64,000 bases of DNA from a virus, in IMG/VR virus record IMGVR_UViG_3300023174_005299, positions 8,512 to 72,511 of that record; one strand, 5' to 3'. The stretch's first letter is position 1; each line of letters starts with the position of its first letter. Under the pieces are notes generated by a model. The model was given only the letters and a program-made list of their open reading frames with translations. It was not told the origin of the DNA and searched no databases. Shown in pieces: positions 38,219-48,055 of the stretch. The position numbers were made by a program, and so were the translations under genes.

Positions 38219-38820
38219 TTTTTATTGAATAACAAACTGGAAGCAATGCCCATTGCGGTCTGCATCTCTTCTACGTTGTCTGGCGGTTCTTTCCAGCCCA
38301 CACTAATCTGTCCTATAAACACACCAGGTTCAGCAGGTACACTGATACGGCACATGTAGTTCACACCATAGTCTCGGTACACAAATCCAATGAGACTCTG
38401 AGGTTTCAAGTATGGACTGCAGGGAATCTTGCCTGACATTAGGCCAATCACATCATTGTTGTTATTGTAATCTTTGGAAAATAGTCCAACTTGCAGACCA
38501 TCGTGATTCTTATCTCTCCCAGCGCCGCGTGTGATCAAATAAACAACTCGACGAGTATTAATTAATGTGTTTACTTCTAGAATGGCAATCATTTCTGCGT
38601 TGGTATTCTTCAACAGAAAGTTTGCGGCTTCTTCGTACTTGCCATTCATCTTGGGCAAGGCTTGTTGGGCACGATAAGTTGCCAGGAAGGCGTCTTTTTC
38701 AGTGTAAACAATCCAGCCGCCAAACCCTAGTATGCAAAGTAACACAACCGCAAACAAGCGGAATGGACTTGACCCAATCCATTCCAATAGTGTTAATAAC
38801 GTGGCTTTAAGTTGTTCCAC
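38215..38820 (-). CDS. single-pass membrane protein with GAF-like C-terminal domain (holin T-like?)
   Basis: TM near residues 20-40; CRISVP...IGQISVGW strand pattern. Confidence 0.45.
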   Translation of the reverse strand: MEQLKATLLTLLEWIGSSPFRLFAVVLLCILGFGGWIVYTEKDAFLATYRAQQALPKMNGKYEEAANFLLKNTNAEMIAILEVNTLINTRRVVYLITRGAGRDKNHDGLQVGLFSKDYNNNNDVIGLMSGKIPCSPYLKPQSLIGFVYRDYGVNYMCRISVPAEPGVFIGQISVGWKEPPDNVEEMQTAMGIASSLLFNKK

Positions 38821-40084
38821 CAGTAGCTACCTCTTTGTCACACACAAATGCTGTGACCGCTACGTTACCGTGTACATGACTTGCTGTGCGAATCATATCC
38901 ATTAATGGATCAACTGCAATTAACAATACTAACACAGCTTCACTTGGCAGTTTCAACAAGTCACAAACAACTGCTACAGTAGCAACTGTTAAGATACCTG
39001 TTGTGCCTGCACTTGCCAAGCCTGCTAATATACTGCCAAACAATACAACTAACAATCCAGTAACGCCTAATGGAGCATCATAGATGTTGGCAATAAACAC
39101 TGTGGCAATAGCATAATATACAATACTACCAATGCGGTTAACTGTGAAACTCAGTGGAACAGTTAGTTCAACTCCGCCCTTGTCAAAGTGTAATTTGTGT
39201 AGGGCTTCTTGTGCATAAGGGATACATGCTAGACTGCTACGTGAACTAACTGCTACAATCAGCGTTTCTTTAGTTTCACGAATCACGGTCATTAAACTCA
39301 ATCCGCTACGTGCCCAAATCACAGCAGTACCTGCGGCTACAACTAATAATCCACCAATAAACTGCTGGAACACAAAGTCAAACATGGTCATAAAAATGCC
39401 AACACCAACTTTGCCCACTTGACTACTGATCATGGCCAACAATGCTATCGGCAAGAAGTAGTTTAGGAATTTAAAAATACTAATACTTGCTTGCTGTATG
39501 CTTTTTAGAACTTCAACCAACATACGTTGACCTTCTGTTTTCAAGTGCCCAAGTGCAACACCAAATATCAAACAGAATATAACAATCTTCAAACTCTCAC
39601 CATTGTTTAAGGTATTGAAGATGTTTTCTGGAATAAACTTCTCTGCCATTTTACCAGCATTAACCGGGGCGGCAGTTGGCATTGGTTCGTGTAGTGTGAT
39701 GTTCAAGTCAGTGCCACTGTCCTTGTCATTGACCAGGACGCCAAGCTGTGTTTTCTTCTCAGGTGTCATTTCTGTACCTGTTACAAGCACAGTGCCCACA
39801 CCAATCACAGAGGCCAGGAACATGCTGCTCACAAATCCAATGATAATTTTGCGAATCAATGTTTGACTACCTTCTTTTTGTAGCAAGCCAATGATGCCCA
39901 CCAGGATAGTAGCCAACAAGAATGGCAACACAACTACCTTGAGCAAGCTGATGTAGATACTACCAATGCTGTCAAGACCTATACTAAAGTCTGGCGCATA
40001 CACACCGGCTAGAATACCCACAATGATTGAACCAAGTATGGTCCACGGGCTTGTTAAAAATGTTTTTAAATGTGTGGTTGTCAT
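38807..40084 (-). CDS. dicarboxylate/amino acid:cation symporter (DAACS, GltP-like)
   Basis: SSRSS serine motif, PLSFTVN, AVDPLMDMIRT. Confidence 0.9.
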   Translation of the reverse strand: MTTTHLKTFLTSPWTILGSIIVGILAGVYAPDFSIGLDSIGSIYISLLKVVVLPFLLATILVGIIGLLQKEGSQTLIRKIIIGFVSSMFLASVIGVGTVLVTGTEMTPEKKTQLGVLVNDKDSGTDLNITLHEPMPTAAPVNAGKMAEKFIPENIFNTLNNGESLKIVIFCLIFGVALGHLKTEGQRMLVEVLKSIQQASISIFKFLNYFLPIALLAMISSQVGKVGVGIFMTMFDFVFQQFIGGLLVVAAGTAVIWARSGLSLMTVIRETKETLIVAVSSRSSLACIPYAQEALHKLHFDKGGVELTVPLSFTVNRIGSIVYYAIATVFIANIYDAPLGVTGLLVVLFGSILAGLASAGTTGILTVATVAVVCDLLKLPSEAVLVLLIAVDPLMDMIRTASHVHGNVAVTAFVCDKEVATGGTT

Positions 40085-40093
40085 GCTAGGTCC

Positions 40094-40912
40094 TTATTTC
40101 TTTTCAGCTTTGTATCTGTCCATTAACTTTCGAGTGTCAATGTTGTTGTATTCATTTTTAATAACGTAATTAACAATGCTGAGTAATTGCGTTGCTTTTG
40201 GATTTACAGCAATAGCAATGTTATCTACGCTGTCACTGATTGTAATACTCTTAGTAGTAATTGCCGCATCTGGCTTTTCAAAAGCAATTTTCTTAATTTC
40301 AAATTCATCACGGTAAGCGGCAGCAATGTCGCCACGTGTGACTTTGTCAATGATCACATCCCATTTTTCTTCAGGTTGGAATATGGCGTTAGGGAAGTTG
40401 ACACGAGCAAATGTATCATAACTTGAGTTCTTGATAAAACTAATCTTGCCATTGAAATTTCTAATGACTTGATAGACTTCACGACCCTGGCTGTTTTGAC
40501 TTAGCCATAGTCTATTGATAACTAAACTCTGTCTTAGTTTAATATAAGGTTCGCTGAACCTAACAACTTGTAAACGTGGACCAGTTACGGATAGTTTACT
40601 AACTGCTATGTCTGCTCGTCCGTCTCTAACTTGTTCTACAACTTCGGCAAAACTTTCGGCATCGCGCCTGAATTGCACCGGAACTCCGAGCATGACTCCA
40701 ATACGTCGAGCAATCTCAACGTCAAGACCATGTATTGTATCCTCATCTCCACTGAAGAAGGGAGGATTATCTTTTTTGGTCATTGCTACAACAAGCACGT
40801 TGGCTTTCTTGATTGCGGCAATGTCGGTGGGTAGTGGTACTGTTGATGTTGGCATTTGTGCCGAAGCAACAGACGCCAGCAATAGCAATACAGAGGTGAA
40901 TAGTTTTTTCAT
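40094..40912 (-). CDS. amino-acid substrate-binding protein (family 3)
   Basis: Signal peptide, NPPF, GLDVEIA, GRADIA, FSEPY. Confidence 0.88.
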   Translation of the reverse strand: MKKLFTSVLLLLASVASAQMPTSTVPLPTDIAAIKKANVLVVAMTKKDNPPFFSGDEDTIHGLDVEIARRIGVMLGVPVQFRRDAESFAEVVEQVRDGRADIAVSKLSVTGPRLQVVRFSEPYIKLRQSLVINRLWLSQNSQGREVYQVIRNFNGKISFIKNSSYDTFARVNFPNAIFQPEEKWDVIIDKVTRGDIAAAYRDEFEIKKIAFEKPDAAITTKSITISDSVDNIAIAVNPKATQLLSIVNYVIKNEYNNIDTRKLMDRYKAEKK

Positions 40913-41038
40913 TGAATGTAATCCATAATATGGGTAGTAAATACCCATTCTATTTATAAAAAATTTCTATGTATCTGTTTGATTTAATAGAGTTATTTCC
41001 CAAACAACCAGTTAATAAATAAATCAAAGGAGCACATT

Positions 41039-41587
41039 ATGGCAGAACAAAAAACAGAACAAAAACCCTTGTCACGCAGTGAGCGTGAGGCACAGATCAA
41101 AGACAAAGCAGGCTGGGTAATCACAGTGATTGCTTGTTTGTTAGCAGCCACAACCTATATCAGCAACAATTTCAGTAGCAAGGCAATGACCAACTTGATC
41201 AAGGCCAATGACACTTACAGCTTCTATCAAGCCAAAAGTATCAAACAAAGCATTGCCGAAGGACAGTTGGAAGATGCCAAGGATCCCAAGCGCCGAGCAG
41301 AATTAGAAGCAAAAATTGCCAGATACGAAAGCGATCCAGTTAAAGGTGAAGGCAAGCGTGAATTACTGGCCCGAGCCCGGGAACTAGAAGCCGAACGTGA
41401 TGAAGCCAAGCTTCACTCTCCGTGGCTTACCTTTGCTGGTATGGCCCTGCAGTTTGCCATTGTACTATTAAGTGCTAGTATATTGGCAGTGAGCACAAAG
41501 ATGTTCAAATGGAGCATTGCTGTGAGTGCGTTTGGTGCTGTGCTATTAAGCCAGGGTATCTGGCTGTGGTTACCGCTGTCTCTGTAA
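41039..41587 (+). CDS. DUF4337-like membrane protein
   Basis: ANDTYSFYQAKSIKQ, LQFAIVLLSAS. Confidence 0.7.
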   Translation: MAEQKTEQKPLSRSEREAQIKDKAGWVITVIACLLAATTYISNNFSSKAMTNLIKANDTYSFYQAKSIKQSIAEGQLEDAKDPKRRAELEAKIARYESDPVKGEGKRELLARARELEAERDEAKLHSPWLTFAGMALQFAIVLLSASILAVSTKMFKWSIAVSAFGAVLLSQGIWLWLPLSL

Positions 41588-41878
41588 TTACTCTACTGAT
41601 TTTTCAAAAATAATTTTTTGAACTTGATACCACTCCTGCCAAGCGTCGGCTTTGATGGCGCACTCGTAGTACGTGGTATAGTTTATTGTAATCACATGAC
41701 TTACATCACTGAGTTTGACACTGTCCGGCAGTTTTTCTAAATTTGGACAGCGTGTCATGGCTGCCTTGCCTGGCGGCTCAGGGAACTTCATTGCCACTGG
41801 CACAGCAGTGGCACAGCCGCTGATAATCACTGCTATAGTGAGCAAAAGAACAAAAGTTATGATTGTGGGGATTCTCAT
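41588..41878 (-). CDS. o-spanin-like lipoprotein
   Basis: Lipobox ISGC, Pro-rich, after i-spanin. Confidence 0.7.
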   Translation of the reverse strand: MRIPTIITFVLLLTIAVIISGCATAVPVAMKFPEPPGKAAMTRCPNLEKLPDSVKLSDVSHVITINYTTYYECAIKADAWQEWYQVQKIIFEKSVE

Positions 41879-42351
41879 TTTGGGGGAGCCTCTGCCGCAC
41901 GATTGTGTGCAATTATAAATTCCTGGGGGATTTCACAAACGCCACCAGGTGCAAACTTGACATCATATTTGACCACTTCACGGTCAACATATTTGATAAT
42001 GTCATCACCACGTGTGCGTACAAGTTCTATTCGCTTGACAACTTTTTCAACAATTTTGACATTTTCTTCTTTGCTTCGTTGTTCAGCCGCAATAACTCGG
42101 GCCTCGGCTTCGGCTACACGTTCGCGCCACTGCATTTCTGTGCTGTAGCCGCCTTTAAGGTAGACTCCCAGCAAAAATACTGCCACGCTGGCTGCCTGTA
42201 ACAATCGATAGTAACCGGCTAGAGCCGGGAACCACATCAGCAATCTATTAATGACAAATAGTGTGACGATGGTACTTATTAAACCCACAACCAAGATGCT
42301 GTTGATCACAAATTCTAAGAAACCTGCTGGCAAGAAATGTAAGATCCACAC
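41875..42351 (-). CDS. i-spanin-like protein
   Basis: N-terminal TMs, coiled coil, C-terminal CEIP; follows endolysin. Confidence 0.65.
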   Translation of the reverse strand: MWILHFLPAGFLEFVINSILVVGLISTIVTLFVINRLLMWFPALAGYYRLLQAASVAVFLLGVYLKGGYSTEMQWRERVAEAEARVIAAEQRSKEENVKIVEKVVKRIELVRTRGDDIIKYVDREVVKYDVKFAPGGVCEIPQEFIIAHNRAAEAPPK

Positions 42352-42355
42352 CAGA

Positions 42356-42988
42356 TTATGCTCCTAGCACATGCAATGCATGGTTGTAGTGCTTGATGCG
42401 GTCTTCTAGGCCAATGGTACCACCATTGATGCGTTTGGTTGCAGTTAGCACATCGCCCTTGTCGGCCCACTGATTCAAATTATTGGTTTCCCAAAACCAG
42501 CAAGCACTTTGCACAGCACCTTCAAACGTGGCCAGGTAGTCAGCACACTCTTCCACTGGTATGCCAAGGCTGCCAGCAAACAGGGTGTAGTTGTTTTTGC
42601 CAGTGAGTTGGATCAAGCCGCGACCGCAGTAGCGATAACCATCACCACTGTCTTCGGGGCCATTGCCCATTCGATTGGCATAGATTCTATTGGCAATGGC
42701 TTCTTGTTTGTTTGGCAAGGCACAATAGCGTGTGGCTGTGGGCAAGTCAAAGTACTTTTTAAACAACGCTACCAGACTGGCTGGACGATAGTTCAAATTT
42801 TCTTTGATGGCTCTAAATCCGCCACTTTCGTGCGCACACTGTGCAATAAACATGGCTACTCTAGCCGGTGTGTTTATTTCATATTCAGGTAATATTTCAG
42901 CAATGGCTTCGTACCAGTGATCAATGTAGGGATTGCCTGGCACCATCTCTGCTAATTTTTGTTGTGTAAATTCAAATTCAAAACTCAT
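42356..42988 (-). CDS. GH19 family endolysin
   Basis: FIAQCAHES, ENLNY, GRGLIQLTG, INGG. Confidence 0.92.
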   Translation of the reverse strand: MSFEFEFTQQKLAEMVPGNPYIDHWYEAIAEILPEYEINTPARVAMFIAQCAHESGGFRAIKENLNYRPASLVALFKKYFDLPTATRYCALPNKQEAIANRIYANRMGNGPEDSGDGYRYCGRGLIQLTGKNNYTLFAGSLGIPVEECADYLATFEGAVQSACWFWETNNLNQWADKGDVLTATKRINGGTIGLEDRIKHYNHALHVLGA

Positions 42989-43109
42989 AGTAGGCCCTTT
43001 TGTTATATTTAGTGATCAGAGAGCCAGGATGTGGTTGACCAGGTCTTGACTTGATCACGGGTAATTGAATTCATTTTAGTGTCCATTTACGTCACAATAA
43101 ATATCTAAT

Positions 43110-44309
43110 ATGAACGTTCTAATACTTACTCCAGATGCAGTGGGAAGTACTCTTTTACAGAGACTGACCACCGTCTACATGCAGTTTCATCAATATGACA
43201 AGCCTGTAATTAACTTACATGAACTAACCAATGGATTGTCCAAGTACTACAGCAGTGATTTCAATCGAGAAGTCCTGGGGAAAAAAGCTGACAAATGGGG
43301 CTATCATCAGAGTCTTCAGGAAGTTGTTGAATTACTGGAAAGTGTTGATCATTACAAAACATCTAGATTGGCTCAGTATCACATACGAAGAAGAAACGAT
43401 TCCATGGCAGATCAGATCCCGTTTTACAATTATCTCAATGAAAACTTTTTTGTAATTGCCTGCCGAAGAAAAAATGTGTTTGAACATGTGCTGAGCTGGT
43501 CTCTCAACAAAATTACAAAAAAATTAAATGTGTACTCAGGTGAAGAAAAATTAGACACGTTTATTGACATGTATGCTCAACCCATAGAAATCAATACTGA
43601 GGCCTTGGTTAAAAGTATATACGAATACAAGGATTATCTTGATTGGTCCAACAACTATTTCAGCGTGGGATCTTATTTTGAATATGACCATGACATGGAA
43701 AACATCGAATCCTACATTTTAAATTTGCCGATGTTTGCCGCACAAAAAGAAAAAATTTCCTGGAAGAAAACTTTTGGCATAGAATTTAATGACTGGAACC
43801 GTTGCCACTATCTAAGCAGTGATGTTGGGTCGTTGGCGCTGGACCACAAAGAAAGATTTAATTTGTTGTTGGCAGCGCCGGAATCAAAGTCACGTGATTT
43901 GCAGGTTGTCAACAGAAATTTTCTGGATCTATTGCCCAATGATCACAAGACATTTTTAAAAGACAATCTCAAATCATTTGTGGATGCCAAACAGAGTGTG
44001 AATCGCATGGTTGAACTTGGTATCATGGTCAGCACTATTCCCATCAAGAAACAAACACTGAGAGAAAAAATGCATATTGTTAAAAATCTCGACGAGTGCA
44101 TAGATGCCTACAACATGTTCATTAAGCACAATCCCGGTGTGGGTGATCTCGTCAACAGAGAAGAACTCATGGAAGCTGCCAATGCAGAACGAACACGCTG
44201 GCTACCAAGAATTAGTCAAGACGCAACAACGGCACAATCTGATTCACAAAACTTTGACTTGTTATTAAGTCAAAATGATGCGCATCACGGGCATAATCCA
44301 ATTGCTTGA
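43110..44309 (+). CDS. sulfotransferase-like hypothetical protein
   Basis: TPDAVGSTLL 5'-PSB-like loop; RRKNVFEHVLS 3'-PB-like motif. Confidence 0.5.
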   Translation: MNVLILTPDAVGSTLLQRLTTVYMQFHQYDKPVINLHELTNGLSKYYSSDFNREVLGKKADKWGYHQSLQEVVELLESVDHYKTSRLAQYHIRRRNDSMADQIPFYNYLNENFFVIACRRKNVFEHVLSWSLNKITKKLNVYSGEEKLDTFIDMYAQPIEINTEALVKSIYEYKDYLDWSNNYFSVGSYFEYDHDMENIESYILNLPMFAAQKEKISWKKTFGIEFNDWNRCHYLSSDVGSLALDHKERFNLLLAAPESKSRDLQVVNRNFLDLLPNDHKTFLKDNLKSFVDAKQSVNRMVELGIMVSTIPIKKQTLREKMHIVKNLDECIDAYNMFIKHNPGVGDLVNREELMEAANAERTRWLPRISQDATTAQSDSQNFDLLLSQNDAHHGHNPIA

Positions 44310-45123
44310 TTTCACCAAGATAGTTTTTTGTAGATATTTTTTTTATTTGTTCAAGATAAAATACATCAAATGCAATATCGTCGTAGATTTTAAAAACAGT
44401 TTTAAGTTCATCAATGATGGTACCATCCAAAGATAGTAGTTGATCCATGGTCATGGGGGGATCAGAGGGCCAATTTGCACCTTTAATATTATCCCAGGTA
44501 GTTTTTAAATGTCTTTCTCTACTACGTTGTTTGGTATAATTCCCAGCTAATCCGGACGCATGTGGGATAATACCGTGAATCACATTAGTAGAGTTGGCCT
44601 GGGCTATTACGTTGGTTGCGCACTCTACAAAGTTTAAAAAATCATCCTGATCTGTGGCATCTTCGGCGTTAAAAAATCTACGTACTTCGTCGGGATACTC
44701 ATCTGCCCCTTCGCGGTTCTCTTCGCGGCGATGAAAATAACTCCAAAGAATAACAATATTTTTAGGGGCCACTGTTTGTATTAATTCAATGGCTTTCCTT
44801 GCCATCCACATGTTGCTGGCACCATCCATACTGACATTGATAGTTCGTCTGTTGATTTTTGATTCTAGCACTTTTGACCAGGCATGGTTTATAGGAGCAC
44901 CTAGTCCCACAGTGAAACTGTCTCCAATGCACCAAACCGCATCTTGCAATCCTGAATCAGGCCATTCAGAGTCTCTAAATCCTCGACTATTGTAATTATA
45001 GCTGACACTGTGCGGATAGTTTTTGAAATGATCTACATCTTTGGTAGCTTCTAAAGAATCAATACCGGTCTGGTCCCACGCTTGATTAGCCCTGGACCTA
45101 AGATAAAATTTTGGTAGTATCAT
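44212..45123 (-). CDS. SGNH/GDSL-like hydrolase-fold protein
   Basis: NSRGFRD, GDSFTVG, ARDAHH. Confidence 0.6.
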   Translation of the reverse strand: MILPKFYLRSRANQAWDQTGIDSLEATKDVDHFKNYPHSVSYNYNSRGFRDSEWPDSGLQDAVWCIGDSFTVGLGAPINHAWSKVLESKINRRTINVSMDGASNMWMARKAIELIQTVAPKNIVILWSYFHRREENREGADEYPDEVRRFFNAEDATDQDDFLNFVECATNVIAQANSTNVIHGIIPHASGLAGNYTKQRSRERHLKTTWDNIKGANWPSDPPMTMDQLLSLDGTIIDELKTVFKIYDDIAFDVFYLEQIKKISTKNYLGEIKQLDYARDAHHFDLITSQSFVNQIVPLLRLD

Positions 45124-45914
45124 TTAAGTCCAAGTTCTTTTCTTATTTTTGTTGCGCTAATACTGTGAATAGCATCATCAAATGTTTCCTGTTCAATTTT
45201 GTAGCCCACATCTCGACCATAGGTGATGTTGACAATGTTGGGAACAACTTGAATTTCGTATTGTCCTTGATACAGCATGTCTAGGTCACGTTGAATAAAT
45301 GATTTTACTTTGTCAATTTCAAATGGGTTGCTGCCTTGCCAACCCTGACAGTCGCGAATTTGAATAACAACTTGACCAGTTTTGGCAATGGCACGTTCAA
45401 ACAAGGCACGGTGTCCAGCATGCCATGGCTGCCAACGACCCAACATCTGCACAGTTTCTTTTTGCCAATCAAATACGGGTCTGCGTCTGTTGTCTAAAAT
45501 ATGTGCGGCAACAAACTCGCCCCACTTTTCTGCTTGTTGTTCTGTGATGCGGAAATCGTAGACCTCGGGTGCAATAAATGCTTTGTTTGTATCGTCGTAG
45601 CGACCTTTGTCAATGGTATCAACCCACACAGTCCAATCTGCTTTGAAATTGTTGCGCATCTCAACCAAGGGTGCAACAAAGTCACAGATGACATAATCAC
45701 AATCTGTCATAGCATCTGCTAGTTCACGCATACGCAGGCTTTGGCGGATCCGACCAGCTTCGCTAAAGTCCCAGTCATTGTACTTCTTACGCACATCGTC
45801 GGCATTGAGCCAACCCACACGTTTTTTGTCAGCTTGTAGGTGATCTACAATGTGCTGTGCTAGATAGGTTTTGCCTGCTCCGGGCAGGCCCATGATTAAA
45901 ATTCGTTGTGTCAT
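45120..45914 (-). CDS. APS kinase-like P-loop domain fused to HxGH nucleotidyltransferase-like domain
   Basis: GLPGAGKT, LNADDVR; then GRWQPWHAGH and ISATKIR. Confidence 0.8.
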   Translation of the reverse strand: MTQRILIMGLPGAGKTYLAQHIVDHLQADKKRVGWLNADDVRKKYNDWDFSEAGRIRQSLRMRELADAMTDCDYVICDFVAPLVEMRNNFKADWTVWVDTIDKGRYDDTNKAFIAPEVYDFRITEQQAEKWGEFVAAHILDNRRRPVFDWQKETVQMLGRWQPWHAGHRALFERAIAKTGQVVIQIRDCQGWQGSNPFEIDKVKSFIQRDLDMLYQGQYEIQVVPNIVNITYGRDVGYKIEQETFDDAIHSISATKIRKELGLK

Positions 45915-46540
45915 TTCCATCTCCTTGAAGTGTGTCGTGCTAGATCATCTGTGGGATGATGATCTACGGGTTTGAAATATTTACTGTTAGTATCATCTGT
46001 CAAAATATTTGCCAGCTGGGTGCTGGAGTAATCCACAGGGAATTCTAACTGTTGTGCTATTTGTTGTAGATAAAGATTGCCATAAAGATGCAGTAATTCA
46101 TAACTTAAAAACACTGGTGCCCAAGTACGTAACCGCTTGTATTCTTTTAATGCAATATCATATGTGGGCTCACCACGCACACGACGTTCTTGATAGGTTA
46201 ATATGTTACGGTCACGACCTATAATGGCAATCTTTACCTGTATGCCCAGCCCCATGGCAGTGGCAGCAAAACGCACAATGTTGGGCACAGTGCGCTCACC
46301 GTTGAGCATGTAGGGAGTGCTGATACTGGTAACATAGTGATCACACTGACTCCAGTCAAACTCTTGTAAAAGATCAGGATTTTCCCAACAGGCTGCAAAA
46401 GGTTCTTGATCATGCCCTATCCAGTATTCGTGTAACAGCGCATGCCAGGCATATACATCGGGATGTAAGGCAAAGATCTTGCTCCATAAATGATTACCTG
46501 ACCCTTGAGGCCCAGTTAATATTAAAAGAGTTTTTGTCAT
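45911..46540 (-). CDS. sulfotransferase-like protein
   Basis: TGPQGSGNHL loop, GRD, SYE motifs. Confidence 0.5.
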   Translation of the reverse strand: MTKTLLILTGPQGSGNHLWSKIFALHPDVYAWHALLHEYWIGHDQEPFAACWENPDLLQEFDWSQCDHYVTSISTPYMLNGERTVPNIVRFAATAMGLGIQVKIAIIGRDRNILTYQERRVRGEPTYDIALKEYKRLRTWAPVFLSYELLHLYGNLYLQQIAQQLEFPVDYSSTQLANILTDDTNSKYFKPVDHHPTDDLARHTSRRWK

Positions 46541-46542
46541 GG

Positions 46543-46767
46543 TTAATCTTTATCTGTGACAATGACAGCAACTTGCTCAACCCAGACCATTCTGCCCCGA
46601 CAAGCAATGTTCCACTTTGTTTCGCCATGCTCGTGTGTGCACTCTGTGTAAGTTTCTCCAATGATGCGAACATCTGTTGCCAAATGTTCTACACCATTTT
46701 CAAAAATGCGCCATACCAGCGGGCTACCGTTGTGCTTAGTATTAAATCTAACGTGGTACTTGTTCAT
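46543..46767 (-). CDS. hypothetical protein
   Basis: 74 aa coupled ORF. Confidence 0.65.
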   Translation of the reverse strand: MNKYHVRFNTKHNGSPLVWRIFENGVEHLATDVRIIGETYTECTHEHGETKWNIACRGRMVWVEQVAVIVTDKD

Positions 46768-47429
46768 CTGGGCATGTTGGCCAAATAGTTTTGTGTGCGA
46801 TCAGTTATGACGCCTGTGAGCTGTAGCGTCACTCGTGGATGGTGGCCTGCATTGGCTGTGCTGTGTGGCATGTTGGCCCAGTCAAATGTTGAAACATCTC
46901 CGGCACGCCATTGATTCCAGTGGTGGTTGCCGTATTCCCAGAACTGTCCAGGTTGCCAATCAGTTAGTTGTACAAAGATACGCATTACACGACTGGGATC
47001 TTCGGGATTCCATTTCTGTAGTTTGTCCATGTGTAGATTCCACACTTCACCCGGGCGTTGTACATGAATGCGTTCCATGCAGTCTGCCAGTCCAAATTGT
47101 GCACTGACTCGTTTTAATGATTCGGGCATGTTCCAATTTAAATGAGTGATTGTCATTTTGGGGTCAGCACCCACACGCTCTAGATCATATTCTTCTGCCA
47201 CTAAATCTTCACGTGGAGGCAGCACACCCTCACCTTTGTAACCACGTGTTTCCCAGGTTGCTGGCTTGGAATTGGCAACAATGTCTGCTATGTCTGCCGA
47301 CCAAGTGGGTTCAATGTGTCCTAGATGTGCAATCACATCTTCAAAACGATCTTTTTTCTTGGGATCAAAATGGTATGTGCTGGTGCTTTTAGTAAAATCC
47401 CAACTGCTTTTAAATTCGTCTGTTATCAT
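46764..47429 (-). CDS. 2OG-Fe(II)/cupin oxygenase-like protein
   Basis: HMD...H facial triad, W.AGD, R.TLQ. Confidence 0.65.
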   Translation of the reverse strand: MITDEFKSSWDFTKSTSTYHFDPKKKDRFEDVIAHLGHIEPTWSADIADIVANSKPATWETRGYKGEGVLPPREDLVAEEYDLERVGADPKMTITHLNWNMPESLKRVSAQFGLADCMERIHVQRPGEVWNLHMDKLQKWNPEDPSRVMRIFVQLTDWQPGQFWEYGNHHWNQWRAGDVSTFDWANMPHSTANAGHHPRVTLQLTGVITDRTQNYLANMPR

Positions 47430-48055
47430 ATTACTTTTACCCTTATGTCGTTTACTGCGTATTCTTGTGTGTACTCTGGGGGAGGTGCATCTATGCCCAA
47501 GGCCGCAGCCAGTCGTAGATTGTTGTCCATTACAGGCTGATCATTGTACTTCCACCATGCGGCCAATATGTCTCGATTCTGGCTGCGAATGATCTGTGCC
47601 ATGTTCTTTAAGTCTCGAAAGTACTCATGATAGTCAGGATACGTTATATCAAAATGCCCACATTTTACCCACCAGCCCAGGCATGCGTCATCATTTCGAT
47701 GCACAATTACAATGGGTGTTTCAGGGAATAGTTCGCGCAAATAGTCAATGTGATTTGAGAACACATGACTTTTGATAATACGCACACCCTTGGATTCTTT
47801 AAATTGAAATGGCTCAGCAAATATTTCTTCTAGTTGCTGCCGATTCAATGTGGTCAAATCTTCAGGCAAGGGTGATGCCATGCCCGGGTCAAAGTAAGCA
47901 CCCAGGTGCATGAGTTCCATTTTTCCCGATGCGTCATGATAATAGGTCCATTCATCTCTATAGTCTGACCGATCAATGTCGGGACTATAGTAGATGTTTT
48001 TGACTACACTGCTCCATTTACTGCCTGGAGCACCGGCTACAAAGATATATTTCAT
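47426..48055 (-). CDS. sulfotransferase-like protein
   Basis: GAPGSKWS loop, IIKSH, VHR motifs. Confidence 0.55.
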   Translation of the reverse strand: MKYIFVAGAPGSKWSSVVKNIYYSPDIDRSDYRDEWTYYHDASGKMELMHLGAYFDPGMASPLPEDLTTLNRQQLEEIFAEPFQFKESKGVRIIKSHVFSNHIDYLRELFPETPIVIVHRNDDACLGWWVKCGHFDITYPDYHEYFRDLKNMAQIIRSQNRDILAAWWKYNDQPVMDNNLRLAAALGIDAPPPEYTQEYAVNDIRVKVI

